From Geosiphon pyriformis uo1 (lineage: Eukaryota; Fungi; Glomeromycota), in NCBI GenBank assembly GCA_016748015.1, contig JAAOMT010000494.1, forward strand, positions 141,435-205,434: a DNA stretch of 64,000 nucleotides. The letters are read 5' to 3'. Positions within the stretch are counted from its first letter, which is position 1, and every line of letters begins with the position of its first letter. This document shows positions 25,050-39,049 of the stretch, in pieces. The notes below the pieces were generated by a model that had not been told where the DNA came from, ran no database searches, and was given only the letters and a program-made list of their open reading frames with translations. A program made the position numbers and the translations under genes.

Positions 25050-28000
25050 TATTTTCTTTATGTTTTTTATAAAAAGCATTATTAGAAGTTTTTTCTATCT
25101 TTTATAGTAATTAAAGTGCGAAATATTTTCAACTGTTTTTTGGTTTTTAGCCAACTTATGCTAATCCAAACTTCTTACATTTGTTTTTATATAATTAAGA
25201 ATATTTAAATTATTAGCTTTCTTTATAATAAAAAGCCAATCATAATTAGAATTATTTAATTTAAGAGATAAAGACTTACAAATAAAGATCAAAAGCTTTT
25301 AGTAAATTAATTTAATTACCACAAATTATTGTATCCAAATCAGCTATGGTGTTGTCTTAATATTAACAAAATAGTTTTTTTGTATTGTAATTTAGTAATT
25401 ATTGAAAATATAATTTTATAAATATATTTATAATGCAATTCTTAAAATAAACAACAGTATTATTAAACATATAACTTAAATTTAAATTTTTAATTATATT
25501 GTTAATATATATAATTATTTTTTAAGATAATTAAACCATTAATAATTATTATTCTGCAATTTTGTAACTTAACAATATTTACTAATTAAAATTAAAGTTA
25601 ACATAAAATTTTTATAATTAATATACATTATTATTCTTTTAATAAATTACTAATAAATATTAATTTAATTTGTATAATATATAAATATACAATATTTAAA
25701 ATTATATAGCATAAATCTTTTTTATAAAATAAAAATAAACAACTTTTTTCTATTATTTTTAGTAGTTTTAATACTTAAAAAGCTTTTTAAGAAGTAAAAA
25801 CAGCTAGATAGCATTATTTTTAAATGTTTTTCTTAAATATTATAAAAACAAAGCAGTCTTTAATTGCTAAAAAATCATTTTTATTGGGTTTAAGTAAAGT
25901 TTTTTAAACAAATAACTAAAACTAATCTTAATGTTTTATTATTAAATAAAAATTTAAAATTTTTAATAGCAAATTAATATTTAAGCTATTTTTTTTAATA
26001 ATTTTTATTATTATTGCTTAAATAATCAAAAGAGCAAAAAGCAATTTCTTTTTTTTTTGAAAAATTATTCTTTTAATATTTTTTAAAACACTATTTTTAA
26101 CTTAAAACCTGCTTTTTTTGTAAAAAATAAAACAATAACTTTTTTATTTCTCTAATATTTATATTAATTTTGTTACAATTGTTTCAATTATAGTATTTAA
26201 TCTCAATTTGGTTATAAACAGTGGTTTATTATTATTTAAATAATAGTAATAGCAATATATCTTTATATATAATTTTACTAATTAACTTATTAAATCATCT
26301 GATTTTAAAAATTAAGTTAATTAAATAAAAATTAAAGTACTTTTTATTGTTTTTTAAGATTGTTTTTATTTCTAAAAATATTTAAAAAATTATTATAAAT
26401 TAATAAAAAATTTTAAATAAATAGTCTCTATTTTAATATTTTGGTTTATATTAAGATTAGGTTTTAGTTTTTGTATAAAGTTTACATTTTAGGTTTTAGT
26501 TTTTGTATAAAGTTTACATTTTAGGTTTTTTTGAATACTATTATTAAAATTAAGCTTGCTAATTTAATTTTTTACTATTTTTAAGATTGGACAATTTTTT
26601 GTAATATTTGAGTTTACTTTAGCTTTTGTTGTTATTGTTTTTTATAATGTTTTTTTAGAAACCATTATAAATAATTTTATAAATGCTTGAAGTATTTTTG
26701 ATAAAGTTTTTAGTATTAAATTAAAACCTATTAATCAATAAGAATATAATATTACATATTTTAAGTTTATTGTATTTTCAAATACTGTTTTAATTTATTG
26801 ATTAAATTTGGTAAAAAAAAATAATATTAATATTTTTTTTTAAATTAAAAAGAGTGTTTAAAAAAAATTTTATTATCAAGTTAATAAATCTTCTTTTTAG
26901 TTATATTTTTTACAAAATAAAAGAGTTGTTTTTTAAGTACATAATTATACTTGTTTTATTCTTTTTTTTAGATTTTATTTAATAGTTAAAATATGGTATT
27001 GTTATTTTTAGTTCTTAAAAAACTTGAATGCTGCTATTATTAAAACTAATACTTTAAAAAGTTAAATTTGGTAAAAACTTTTGGTTATTAATATTGTTTT
27101 AAGTGTTAAAATTTAAATTATTTGGTTTTTAAAATATATATAAAGTTTTATATTAAGAATATTATTTTTTTGGTCTTTTATTATATTATTGTTATTAATT
27201 TTATAGTTGATTTTAAGTTAGTTTTTTCGGAATTTTAATTAACAAAGTTGACTTTATTAATTAAATATATTATCAAACTTATTAATTTGAGTAAAATATA
27301 ATATTAATTATTTTTTTAATAATAATAATCTAAGTTTTTTTATTAATAAAATATTTTGTTAAAATAATTGTTCTTTAAAAGCTTTAAGATTTTTAATATC
27401 AAGTTTAATATATATAAAATTACATGATTAATTTAGTTTTTAATAGTAATAATTTAATTTTTTGAAGTTTGTTAAAATTTAAATTTAAGTTAATAAATAT
27501 TTAAATTAATAACATTTAATATTTTAATCAATTATATATTTGATTTAAGTTTTTAAAAAACAAATAATTTTTAATATTTATAATAAATTTTATTTTGACA
27601 TTTATAAAAAACTAAATTTACAAAAAACTAAACTTTATAATTATAGACTTAACCAAACCAAATAAATTTTACAACTTGGCTTTCAAAAAATTAATTTAAA
27701 TTCATATAATTTATTAATAAGAACACCAAAAAAAATAAAGTTAAATATTATTAAAAAACCAGTAATATTAACATAATTATATCAATAAACTAATTAATAA
27801 ATAAGAACAGCTTTAAAAGATTTAAAAGATTTAATAACATATCATTATAAATTAGCAAATTTTAGTTTAATACCAAAAACTTTATTAAAAATATTTTTAG
27901 TATTTTTGATTTTGTTAAAAAAAATATTTAAAAAATTATTATATAAAATTAAAATAACAAAAATAAAAACAAAAACAGAAATTAAAAAAGATTTTGCAAT

Positions 28001-28750
28001 TTTAAAAGTAGTAGTAAAAAAAAAATTAACAAATTTAATTTTGGTAACAACATAATTTAAAAAATTAAATTTTTATATTATAATTAAGACTTTTTAAATA
28101 TTTAATAATATAATACTATTGTTTAAATAAAAAACAACAAAAAACAAAAATTAAATATAAAATAATAATATTTTTTTAAGTTTATTTAAATTGTTTTTGG
28201 TTTGCTTTAAAATTAAATATCTACTTTTATAATTTTAAAAATGATTAAACTATTAAATATTTTGTTAAAAAATATTAAACTAATGAAAATATAATATAAA
28301 TTATTAAACATAGTTTTGTTTTGTTTACTTTATTATGCTAATAAAAATTTTAAATAAATATAATTTAATAAATTTTTTTATTAACAAAAAAAAAAGATTC
28401 TGTTGGTAGACTATAAAAAAATTTTTTAAAAAAAAATTTTTGAATATTCTTTTATTACTTTGTAAATAAATAAATAATTAAGTTTTAATAGCTTTTTTTT
28501 AACAGTTAAAAAATTGCAAAGTTTATTGTAAAAATTTCAAAAAAAGTATAAAAATATTTAAATAATTCAATTTAATTTTTTATTTTTTATTTGTTTGAAA
28601 ATTTATTTGATTTAATATATAGTTATAAACGTTAAAAAAGAGAATACAAATTTTGTTAATATTCAAAATTTTAATAAAAATTTTAAGAATAAAACACAGA
28701 CAATTCTATTCAAACAAGTTATAATCAAATTGTTGGTATTGAAAAAAAAA
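25050..28750. mobile_element. Extremely AT-rich decayed repeat cluster, probably LTR-retrotransposon internal fragments
   Basis: No ORFs, almost no CpG, two diverged copies of one sequence in inverted orientation (~26400-26810 vs ~27780-28130), and the same texture as the identifiable Gypsy relics at 39-40 kb and 51-57 kb. No diagnostic domain recognised. Confidence 0.45.
26457..26529 (+). repeat. Tandem duplication of a 32-bp unit TTAGGTTTTAGTTTTTGTATAAAGTTTACATT (2.3 copies)
   Basis: Exact copies at 26457-26488 and 26489-26520. Confidence 0.9.
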
Positions 28751-31635
28751 AAAAAATTCTTTAAAGAATAAATTTTAACTATTAAAATTTATCCACTATT
28801 TAAAAATATACACAATCTAATAAAGCTTTTCTAAATCAAATTTCAATTATAAAGCCAAATAAAAAGCATTTTTATTATAATCCTTGTTTTAATATTATTG
28901 CTTCTAATTTTCATAATTGATATAACTCATCTTAATTTATTAATCAATCAAAGAATTTTTGGAAAATTATGTGTACTTTCAAACTTTTTTGAAAATTTCT
29001 GAGCAATGATAAATTAATGATCTTTGTTTGGTGTTTCAGAAAGATAAAATTGATCAAAACATTAGGTTTGCTATAATAATATTAAAAATTTAGACTTGAT
29101 TATAAGAATTATTAGTTTCTAAATATTGATCACTATTTTATTGTGTATTTCATTTAATTGATGAAAGGCAACTAAAAAAAAACTTTTTGTAATCTTCCAT
29201 AAGAAGCTTGGAGAACCTAAATGAGATTAAAAATCTTAATATTTGCAATTTTGCAGTAGAATACAGCTGGGCAATAAGATACTCGATGTTCAGGAAAGTC
29301 TTAACATAGTAATGAAAATAATATTCAAAGTCTTGAAATCTCGATTAGTTTAAAAGCTATGAAACTCAAAATTCAACACGTCATCTATCCTAAATATTAG
29401 TAACTTAAGCGGTGTATTAGACTTTAGGCTTGGGGGTTAATTTCTTTGTCTGCATTCTGGCCAATCACACCAAAAAGGTCGAATACGTTGATGAAAACGT
29501 ATTAAAATTCTTTAACTATCAAATTTAAAAAAGGATAAAATGTTACAAGTTCTCATAATTCAGTAATAAAGGAACTTATTAGGGGAAACCATATAAACTA
29601 TGATAATACTCATCAAATTCTTTTCCATTCACAAGAAAAACATTATGAGATTATAATAATGAGTTCGAATATTTTTATGCAAACCCATTGATTTTGTGAA
29701 TGACTTAAAACATATAGCAAAATTCTTAAGGATTTCATGATCTTGGCAGATTCGGATGTTTGATGAATTCTCTTCAATCTAAAAGAACACATAGTCTTGA
29801 TTTTTATTTAAAAATTTATGAATTTGGTAAAATTATTTAAGGTCATAAATTTCTGCAAACTAGAATTTTTTTGTTTTAATATTATCTACAAACTTTATAT
29901 ATTATTGAAAAATATAAGTGTACTTTTGAGGGATGTAGTAAAGTTTTTGTTAAAAAGCATTTGATTTCACTAATCACACTGGGCCAAAAAGTCTTTATCT
30001 TGATTGAACAAAAAAGTTACATAAAATACCAGCAATTAAAAAATCATCAAAATACTTTCAAAATAATAAACACTAAAAGTTTCAGCTTTATTACAGCCAT
30101 AGTAAAAAAATATAATTGTTTAAATAAGAGAGTTATAATTATAAAAAGATAGTTTTTAATTTCATCTCTTATTTATATATGTACTATTTAATGATACTTT
30201 AAACTTTTATGAACTTTTAACTATTTTCCCATTAACAAGCCTTATATACTGAGAAGTTTTGGTTTCTCTGAATTTACAATAAATTTTACTTTAGATTAAA
30301 CAAGAAAATCCGACTGAATCGCTTCATCAAAAATTACTCCCAAATTCATCATGACACAGTAAGTTTTAAAAAAAAATTAGTTATTATCCCATACTTCAAA
30401 TACTTTTTAAGGTGATTCCCAAGAAACGTGTTATCCAAAAAAAGCTTTCACATATTTCTGAAACATAAAACAAGATATGCAAATTTAAAAGTTTGTTTCA
30501 AATTACCAAACTTGAAATTTAAAAATTTTCAGTGCACCAAAACAAAGAAAACTCTAAAAAATTCAAAGACTTTGAAGCTTCCTTTTTTTACTCTTTGTTT
30601 GATATTAATCTCACAAAAAAGTTTTAGAATTTTATTTGCAGTCAAAAGAATTCTCCTGCATTTCGTTCAAACTTCAAAACTTTTATTATTATCAAGAGTT
30701 AAATACAATAGCTGGTTTATATTTCGGCTCAAAGAAACATGTTACATTTATCTTTCGGGTAATAATAGTTTTGAAATTTCAAAAACAATGTCCATAATAT
30801 AATTAATTAAAAAAGATGCATATCAAATGCGGGATTTTAATTCTTGTAAGTTTAATATGCATGCGAATGATGTATTAAATTTTTCCTAAACATTTTAATA
30901 AGAGTATCTTTTACATGAAAAAATTTGCACCACCATTGGTTTTCGAGAAAAATTCCAAAAATCTTTTGAAGTAACGAAAACTCTGTTTAATACATTAATG
31001 AACTATTAATAAATAAGCAATTTTATTTTAAGCATAATTATATAATTATATAATTGATTTTCAAATTTGGAGGCAAAACTATAAAAGCAGCGGGATATTT
31101 CGGTTTTTGACTTCAAACTTACTTAAGATTTATAAATAGAATACAACAACAATATCAATGATTATTATTCATCATTAATTGGTTTAATATTAATCGGTAT
31201 TGCAAGTTTAGAAATTTGTTTAAAATGAAAATTATTTGTGCTTTCATAATTTTTAAAAGGTTACGGCTTCGGGAGTTTTTAACGTATCTAAAGAAACAAG
31301 AAAGAAAATTTGAGCTTCAAAGGAGCCAAACAGACAAAAAATTGAATTTGATGCGAAAGTTTCCCCTTGCTGAAAAAGCAGTGCTAGCATTTTTCTAATA
31401 AAACCCGTCCCCTTCAATATAAATAAATAATAAATAAAAATTCATCAGTCAATAATAAGGTAACTGTATAATCAAATTTTTATTGAGGAGCATTCGAACA
31501 TAGAATCTTTTACCAATTTAAATTGAAAATATACATAGTTGCGGGCATTCATTACCCGAAATATACATTAAACTCTGAAACCATTGTCATCAATAATTGT
31601 GGCTGGAAATTTTCTTTTTATTTCTTAACCCTTTA

Positions 31636-31797
<162 letters not shown>

Positions 31798-32027
31798 NNN
31801 NNNNNNNNNNNNNNNNNNNNNNNNNNNNNNNNNNNNNNNNNNNNNNNNNNNNNNNNNNNNNNNNNNNNNNNNNNNNNNNNNNNNNNNNNNNNNNNNNNNN
31901 NNNNNNNNNNNNNNNNNNNNNNNNNNNNNNNNNNNNNNNNNNNNNNNNNNNNNNNNNNNNNNNNNNNNNNNNNNNNNNNNNNNNNNNNNNNNNNNNNNNN
32001 NNNNNNNNNNNNNNNNNNNNNNNNNNN
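31798..32027. other. Assembly gap (230 N)
   Basis: Run of N. Confidence 1.
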
Positions 32028-32086
<59 letters not shown>

Positions 32087-32789
32087 ACCATTCTTCCCAA
32101 AAATTTTTTACTAGCAAGTTTTTATTACTGTGTTGGGAAATCAAAGTAAAAAAAGCTGCAGAAAAGTATTAAATTTTTTTTCAATCCAAATTATCCCTTT
32201 TTACGAAATCCTCCTGATTTTCACATTTTATTCTAAATTTAAGAATTTCAAGGGTAAATAAACCGTAAAGGGATGAAATTTTCAGTATACTCGAAATAAT
32301 CAAAAAAGCATTCTCTGGTCAAATTTAACCCGTCATTCACAAATAAGGTTATGCAGAAATTAATCACAACTGTTTCCACGTTCTGGAATTATTAAATATT
32401 TACAATATATAAATATATATTTATATTATTATTTATTTACTCTATCTGACATTATATATATTCAAACTGAAACATACTATTCAAGTATCCCCATTGAGAG
32501 CTATTCTTAGGCACAGAATAGAAGTTACAAAGTCCTCGCATGGAAATGTAATTTTATTAAAAATACATCTAAACTACTAGTAGTGACAGATTAGTTCTCA
32601 AAAAGGCAACAAAAAGAAGATCGGTCATTTATTATGCAAGGTTTTTTTTTTTTTATTAATTATGTGAGGATCTATTCTTGGTTCATTAATCGATGCATTG
32701 TCTATCTTTCTATATAAAAGGATTAAACCAAAGCGTCATATATTTAATCAGAAAAAAAAAATGCTTGCCAAATATTAAAAAGAATTAAG

Positions 32790-34638
32790 ATGAATTCATC
32801 TACTAGCAAACTCATGGTCTTCTTTTGTCTCCCTATACTTTCATTGATTTGTTTTTCAACGAAATATTGTAAAGCTCAAAATTATGAGCCATCACCACGA
32901 TCTTCACATTCAGCAACACTTATTCAGGATCGAATTTATTATTTCGGGGGTCAAATAGCAAACGATCAATATGATGATAAAGATTTTTTTTACTTGGACT
33001 TGCCCTTGAGTTTTCAATCAAATCGAGTTTCTTTTGTAAATTATTCCAAATTTGAAACAAACATCACGATACCGTCCATCTATAAACCTACAAACGTTCT
33101 TGGTGGTGAAATGGGTAATAGGATATATTTATTTGGAGGATATGTGGTAAGCTTAAAAAAAAAAAAACAAAAAAAAACAAAAAAAAAACAGATTGTAAAA
33201 ATAAAATCACGCCCTAAATTTAAAAAATTACTAACTTTAATAAAAAATTTCAATATTTAGAAAAATGATTCCATCTTTCTTAACGATCAAGTTTACACAA
33301 TTGATGTAGTAGACAAACAATCTTCTTGGTCTGTAATTGTAAACGATACATTAACTAATATAGATACATGGCCTAGCGGTCGAGAATCTTTGGCAGCTGT
33401 TATAGACAAGCAAGGAAGGATGTACATTTGGGGTGGATGGGGAATTACAGATAAGACGATATATATTTTTGATACAAAGACAAACATTTGGAAAAAGAAT
33501 TTACCAGAAGATGCTCCAAATTCAAGGGCGGCATATACGGCAACAATCTTGAATGACGGTCGTATTATTTACATTGGTGGAATCATCTCGAGTACATACG
33601 TTCAAGCAGACATACAGGAAGTTGAGTATTTTGAAATATCACAAAGATTGGGAATCTTTACTAATACCATGTATACTTTTTTCTTTCAAATTTTTTAGAT
33701 TTTAATTTATGATACAGTTAATGAAAGTTGGAGTCAACAGGTGATTCTAGCATTTAATGAATTTTAAAGCTCGTTTTAATTCCTAGGAAGATTTGGAAAA
33801 TTAAATTAAATTAAATTAAATAAAATAATTTTTTTTTTTTTTAGATGGCTCCCATTCAACCCAACAATCCTCGATCTAGTCATTCAGCAATTCTAGGTAA
33901 TTTCAGGGAATGAAAAAAAAAAAAATTCAAATTTCATCGTTTACTAAAATAATAATCTGTCTTTCTTACTTTTTATTTATTTATTTATTTATTTATTGTA
34001 TTTTCTTCTTCTGAAAGCTCCTGACGGCCATAATATCATAATTTATGGAGGAGAGAATATTGATATAGAGACTTCTTTATTAGTTTTGAATACTGATTTA
34101 TTCACATGGTCCTATCCACTAATATCTAATCAGGGTCCCGATTATATACCAAATACTCACACGGCAAATTTATACAAAAACTATATGATTATCTCTTTTG
34201 GTAAAGAACGTCTTTTCTTAAGGAGGGGAAACAGCTACAAGGAACATCATGAAAAATTTGCTTTTTATTAAACGACTTTTTATTTTTATTTTTTATTTTT
34301 TAGGTACTCGAAGAGGTAAACCTTCTTCAGACATCGACATACTAGATATTTCAAATCTTAATAATGTCACATGGATTGCAAGAAATTCAAAATTCTTTAA
34401 TATTCAATATGGGATAGCATCTTATAATTCGACGGATTCAAATACCTATCAAAATTCAACAAACAATGTTTCAAGCAACGACACTTTTCAAAATGATAAA
34501 AATTCAAATCCGGCAATAATTATTGGAAGTATAGTAGGTGGTGTAGTAGTAATAGGTATTTTGGCAGTGGTTGGTTTCTTTTTTGTTAAGAAAAGAGATG
34601 GTTCAGTGCAGGATAATCAAAATATGTCAGAGGTTTGA
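32790..34638 (+). CDS. Signal peptide + kelch/galactose-oxidase-type beta-propeller + single TM protein (copy 1), 442 aa; exons 32790-33146, 33261-33620, 33699-33740, 33845-33896, 34018-34200, 34304-34638
   Basis: Spliced frame of 1329 nt is open. Kelch blades PRSSHSATLIQDRIYYFGG, IYLFGG, MYIWGG, RAAYTATILNDGRIIYIGG, IIIYGG, HTANLYKNYMIISFG; TM AIIIGSIVGGVVVIGILAVVGFFFV followed by KKR. The exon 2 donor (GTTGAG) is weak. Confidence 0.88.
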
Positions 34639-34739
34639 CAAGTTTAACAAAAAAAATATTAGAGCTTTAACAAATTTTCAATCTTTGGAATTTTTTTTAA
34701 GTGTTATATTTTTTTTTCTACTAATTTAATTTCTGTGAC

Positions 34740-34776
<37 letters not shown>

Positions 34777-35061
34777 TAATATGAGAAAAATGAAACCATT
34801 TTTTTTTATTTAGGCTTTTTTCAAAAGTATGAATAAAAGAGAAACTTTGACATTAATTTTTTATTAAAAGATTTGGAAATATTTTTCAGATTACCCTTAG
34901 ATTTTTTATTTGGAATCATCATTAAAAGTATTGATATTAATGACGTTTTTCGAGGGTATTACGCGTGTAAAGAATTTGAAAAGTTTTTTTTAGAAATCAA
35001 CAAAAAAAAAAAAGCTAATCATTTAATTTAAATATTTTGAAAGATTTCAAATATTTTTCCG

Positions 35062-35097
<36 letters not shown>

Positions 35098-35119
35098 AAA
35101 AAAAAAAAAAAATAAAAAA

Positions 35120-35157
<38 letters not shown>

Positions 35158-35212
35158 AAAGAAAATAAAAGAAAATAAAGAAAATAACAAAAGCAATTAC
35201 AAGTTAGTATTC

Positions 35213-35232
35213 NNNNNNNNNNNNNNNNNNNN
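35213..35232. other. Assembly gap (20 N) within poly-A tracts
   Basis: Run of N flanked by homopolymers. Confidence 1.
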
Positions 35233-35240
35233 AGAAATTG

Positions 35241-35310
<70 letters not shown>

Positions 35311-35640
35311 TCCCATTCCAAATAGATTTTCCCAGTTAGGAATACAAAGAATACTAAAAATAGTACAATGTTTCATAAATTATCAAAAAACTTGCACAAA
35401 CAAAAAGAAAAAATAGTTAGATCCAAATTCATACTAATATGTCCTTCTATGTTCTTTATCAATATTAAAAAGGAATAAGTTGATATTTAAATCTCGACTA
35501 AATAATTGTGATAAATTAAATTTGAAATTTCTTGACTTTAAAGATAATTATAATTTGATTTTTTTTTTAATTTAAATATTATCTCGTCCTTTATAATAAT
35601 AAAAAAATAAAAAATAAAAAATAAAAAAAAACCAATATAC

Positions 35641-37481
35641 ATGGCACGAACACCATCTTTTTACTTTTCATCATTATCATTATTTTTTGTTACTTTTTTT
35701 AATGTAGCATTATTTTTCATAAATTGTAAAGCCGACGATTCCAATGATTATTACCCACCTCCACGTATTGCACATTCTGCAACAATTATAGGTGATAGAT
35801 TATATTACTTTGGAGGACAAAAATCTGATAATATTTATTACAACGATTTATCTTATTTGGATTTGAATAAGACATTGACGCAGAATAAGCTTTTTTTTGT
35901 GAGTGTATCAAGTTTGAGTACAACTATTCCAGGGATATTTAAACCTGCTAGTGTTGCTATTGGGTCTAATAAAAAGACAATTCTTTTCTTTGGCGGTTAT
36001 GTGGTAATTAAACAAAGTTATTTTTGCATTCATTTGAAAAATATCTTGTTTCTTTGAATAAAAATGCTGATGTTAGTTTCTTCATTCACCAGAGACCAAT
36101 TAATTCGGATTCAGACCCAGTGTTAAGTAACCAAATCTATAGTATAAATCTTGAGAATGATCTAAAACCTACTTGGGCAGTAACAGGAAGTAATTCATCC
36201 GCTTTACCTTCACCTCGTGAAAATGTCCCATCAATTATTAATGATAAAGGACAGATGTATATTTGGGGTGGTTGGGGAATAACTGATAAAGCGATGTATA
36301 TTCTTGATACCAACAAATTAACATGGCAAAAGAGTACTCCAGCAAATGCTCCAGATACCAGATCATTTTCCCCTGGTGTTTTATTACCAGATGGTAGGAT
36401 TATTTTTATAGGTGGATATGATGGGAACTACATGGCTTCTGATTCTCAACAGGTAAAATATCTTGGAAAAAATATATATATATATATTACAATTTCTGAT
36501 ATTGAGTAATCATCAAATCATAATTTCGAACTTTCTTTCATTATAGCTATTAATTTATAACACTATCACTGATGAATGGAAACAAGAAGTATTTTTTATA
36601 ATTTCAAACTATTTTTTTATGTAATTGATTTCTTCTGAATCTCAACTATTCTCTACATATATATTTTCAAAGGGTACTATAAATATTGCTCCCGCGAATC
36701 CCATTCATAAGCACACTGCTGTCTTAGGTACTCTTTCTCAAAGGATACATAACTAATAATGTAAAAGTTTTGAAAACTTTAATTTAAAATTCCTTTTTAT
36801 TTTTTATTTTTTATTTTTTTTATTTTTTCTTCAGCACCCGATAAACAACATATTATCATATATGGGCAGATTTCGAATAAGACTTCAGTTACAGTATTAG
36901 ACACAAATACGTTTTTATGGTCAGTACCAACCATGAATCAAGGACCATTATATATACCTGATGGGCACTCGGCGACCATGTACAAGAATTATATGATTAT
37001 CTCGTTTGGTAAGTTGGTAAATGAAATTGCTTTGATTTTAATAAACAATATAAAATTAATTTTGAAAAAACTTCACTTAAAAGGTATTCGTTTAAACCCT
37101 TCGTCAGAAGTAAGTATCGCTGACGTTTCAGATCCGAAAAATATTAATTGGTTGAAATTAGATGGCACCCTACCTTTAAATTCAAGTTCAAATTCCACAT
37201 CTTCAAAAACGTTGAATTCAGCACCAACTTCATCCTCAAATAAGGGTTCAGATCAAATTAATAATACAAGCACTACTACTACAGATGGTAAATCAAATCA
37301 AAAAGCAGTTATTTTAGGTATAATAGGAGTAGTTGTTGGATTAGGTATTATGAGTTTATTTGTAACACTTTATTTTCGAAAAAGACGTTTAAAGAAGTTA
37401 CAAGGTAATAGTGAAAATTTGCCCGAAGTTGTGAACCTAAGACAAGATCTGAACGAAAATTTATCAGAAGTAGTTAATTAA
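35641..37481 (+). CDS. Signal peptide + kelch beta-propeller + Ser/Thr stalk + single TM protein (copy 2), 463 aa; exons 35641-36003, 36093-36452, 36547-36588, 36673-36727, 36835-37008, 37084-37481
   Basis: Spliced frame of 1392 nt is open. It shares MYIWGGWGITDK, YKNYMIISFG and all five intron positions and phases with copy 1; TM AVILGIIGVVVGLGIMSLFVTLYF followed by RKRR. Confidence 0.9.
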
Positions 37482-38357
37482 AGGAAGGTTTTCTTGATTT
37501 ATTTATAAATACTTTTAGTATATATGTGTGTTTGATTGTGTTAAAAAAGTCTTTAAAGATTTGAAGATTCGTTTTAACTAATTTCAAAAAAGTGAAAACT
37601 TTTTTGCGTTACCAATTTATTATTTATTTATTTATTTATTATATATATATATATATATATATATTTTTTGGAATAACGGACGGACGAGATAATGTCTAAA
37701 AGAAAAATGTCAATCCCCAAATCATTCAAGAGAAATTCATAAATGAAAACGTTTAGAATCGGCAAAAAATCTTCATATAAAAACATTTTCTTGAAGCTTA
37801 CAAATAATATATCCAGTGAATCACTTCAAAAAAATGTTTTTGTAATAATAGATTGGACCGACCTAAATCCTATGGAAAAACGGTGGCCGAAAAATCTTGA
37901 TGATTATGGAAAGCTTTCCAAGATGATGATCTACACTGAGAACTTGTAAAAAAAATATTATTCTGTATGAAATAATCTAATATAATAATAAGAAATCTAT
38001 CAGTTCATTTCTATTTAAAATATTTACGCATGTAAAATTTTCTGAAATTATGTACAAATTACCGGAAAATTATAACATTAAATTAGTTTTCTTTGCTTCC
38101 TTCGGAATAAATTGTTCGTTTTCCGCTTTATAGAGGATAATCCTTAAAATTAAATTGTACTTTCTTTGAGGTAAAGTATAGATAAGAAAATTCTTGTATT
38201 TTGAGTTCCATGTTCATGTTATAAGAAGAAACTTTTATAAATTGGGCAAAAAAATTCTCATTTTAGTCTCGTTCAGCTAACAAATTTTTACACAATTTAC
38301 AAAATTTCTAAGCATATTTTTAAATTTTTCAACAAATAACTATATTTTCATTTTGAA

Positions 38358-38810
38358 ATGGCCAATATCTACTTCTTCAACCAGCTTAATATTTTCTTAT
38401 CAATGTTTTTTTTATCAATTCTCATCATTTTTTTTCCAAAAATTGAATCGAAACCACTTCCTAAACTTTTGCAAGAACGTCAATTTTCATTATTTAATAC
38501 CGATTCCAATTTTTTCTCATCTGGTGACTCCAATCTACAACTTATCAATGACCCCGATTCAAACTTAGTGAACTATCTTGAGTTGGAAAATAAAGAACCA
38601 TCAAGACAGCAAGTGAATCCCAATGACGAAAAAAAGGTCAACATTCCAATCGTGAAATCACGATGTAATTGTTATTACAAGTCACCAAATAGCTCAATTC
38701 CGATTCAATCGCTCAAGAAACGTGAAAAAAATTTTGACTTGATAGACGAACCAAAACTTCCCCAATGTTCATGTGATTATCAGAATAAAGATTCGCCATT
38801 TAATATTTAG
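38358..38810 (+). CDS. Small secreted protein (150 aa), candidate effector or peptide precursor
   Basis: Single-exon ORF, hydrophobic signal (IFLSMFFLSILIIFFPKIES|KP), LQER and LKKR processing-like sites, two CxCxY motifs. Confidence 0.75.
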   Translation: MANIYFFNQLNIFLSMFFLSILIIFFPKIESKPLPKLLQERQFSLFNTDSNFFSSGDSNLQLINDPDSNLVNYLELENKEPSRQQVNPNDEKKVNIPIVKSRCNCYYKSPNSSIPIQSLKKREKNFDLIDEPKLPQCSCDYQNKDSPFNI

Positions 38811-39049
38811 ATATAAAAATAGTCAGAATAAAGGTGACGGATTTCTAAAGAATCAGTATTCAGAAAATTAAAATAACCATGGTCGACTAGAAAAGAAAAA
38901 TTTTATGTCTTGGAATAGAGTTTTTGAATTTTATTGAGAATTTCTAAATTAAGGATCCTGATCTGTGTTTTTAAAATTATTTTTATCTAGTAAACGAACA
39001 TGTTAACTTGAAATAATAAAAAGTGATTTTAGACGATTTTAAAAAAAGC

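Noticed and set aside
30428-30802. 124-aa K/L/F-rich ORF
   Set aside because: Non-ATG start, composition typical of random AT-rich DNA, no motifs.
35028-35321. Poly-Phe ORF
   Set aside because: Poly-A tracts and an assembly gap.
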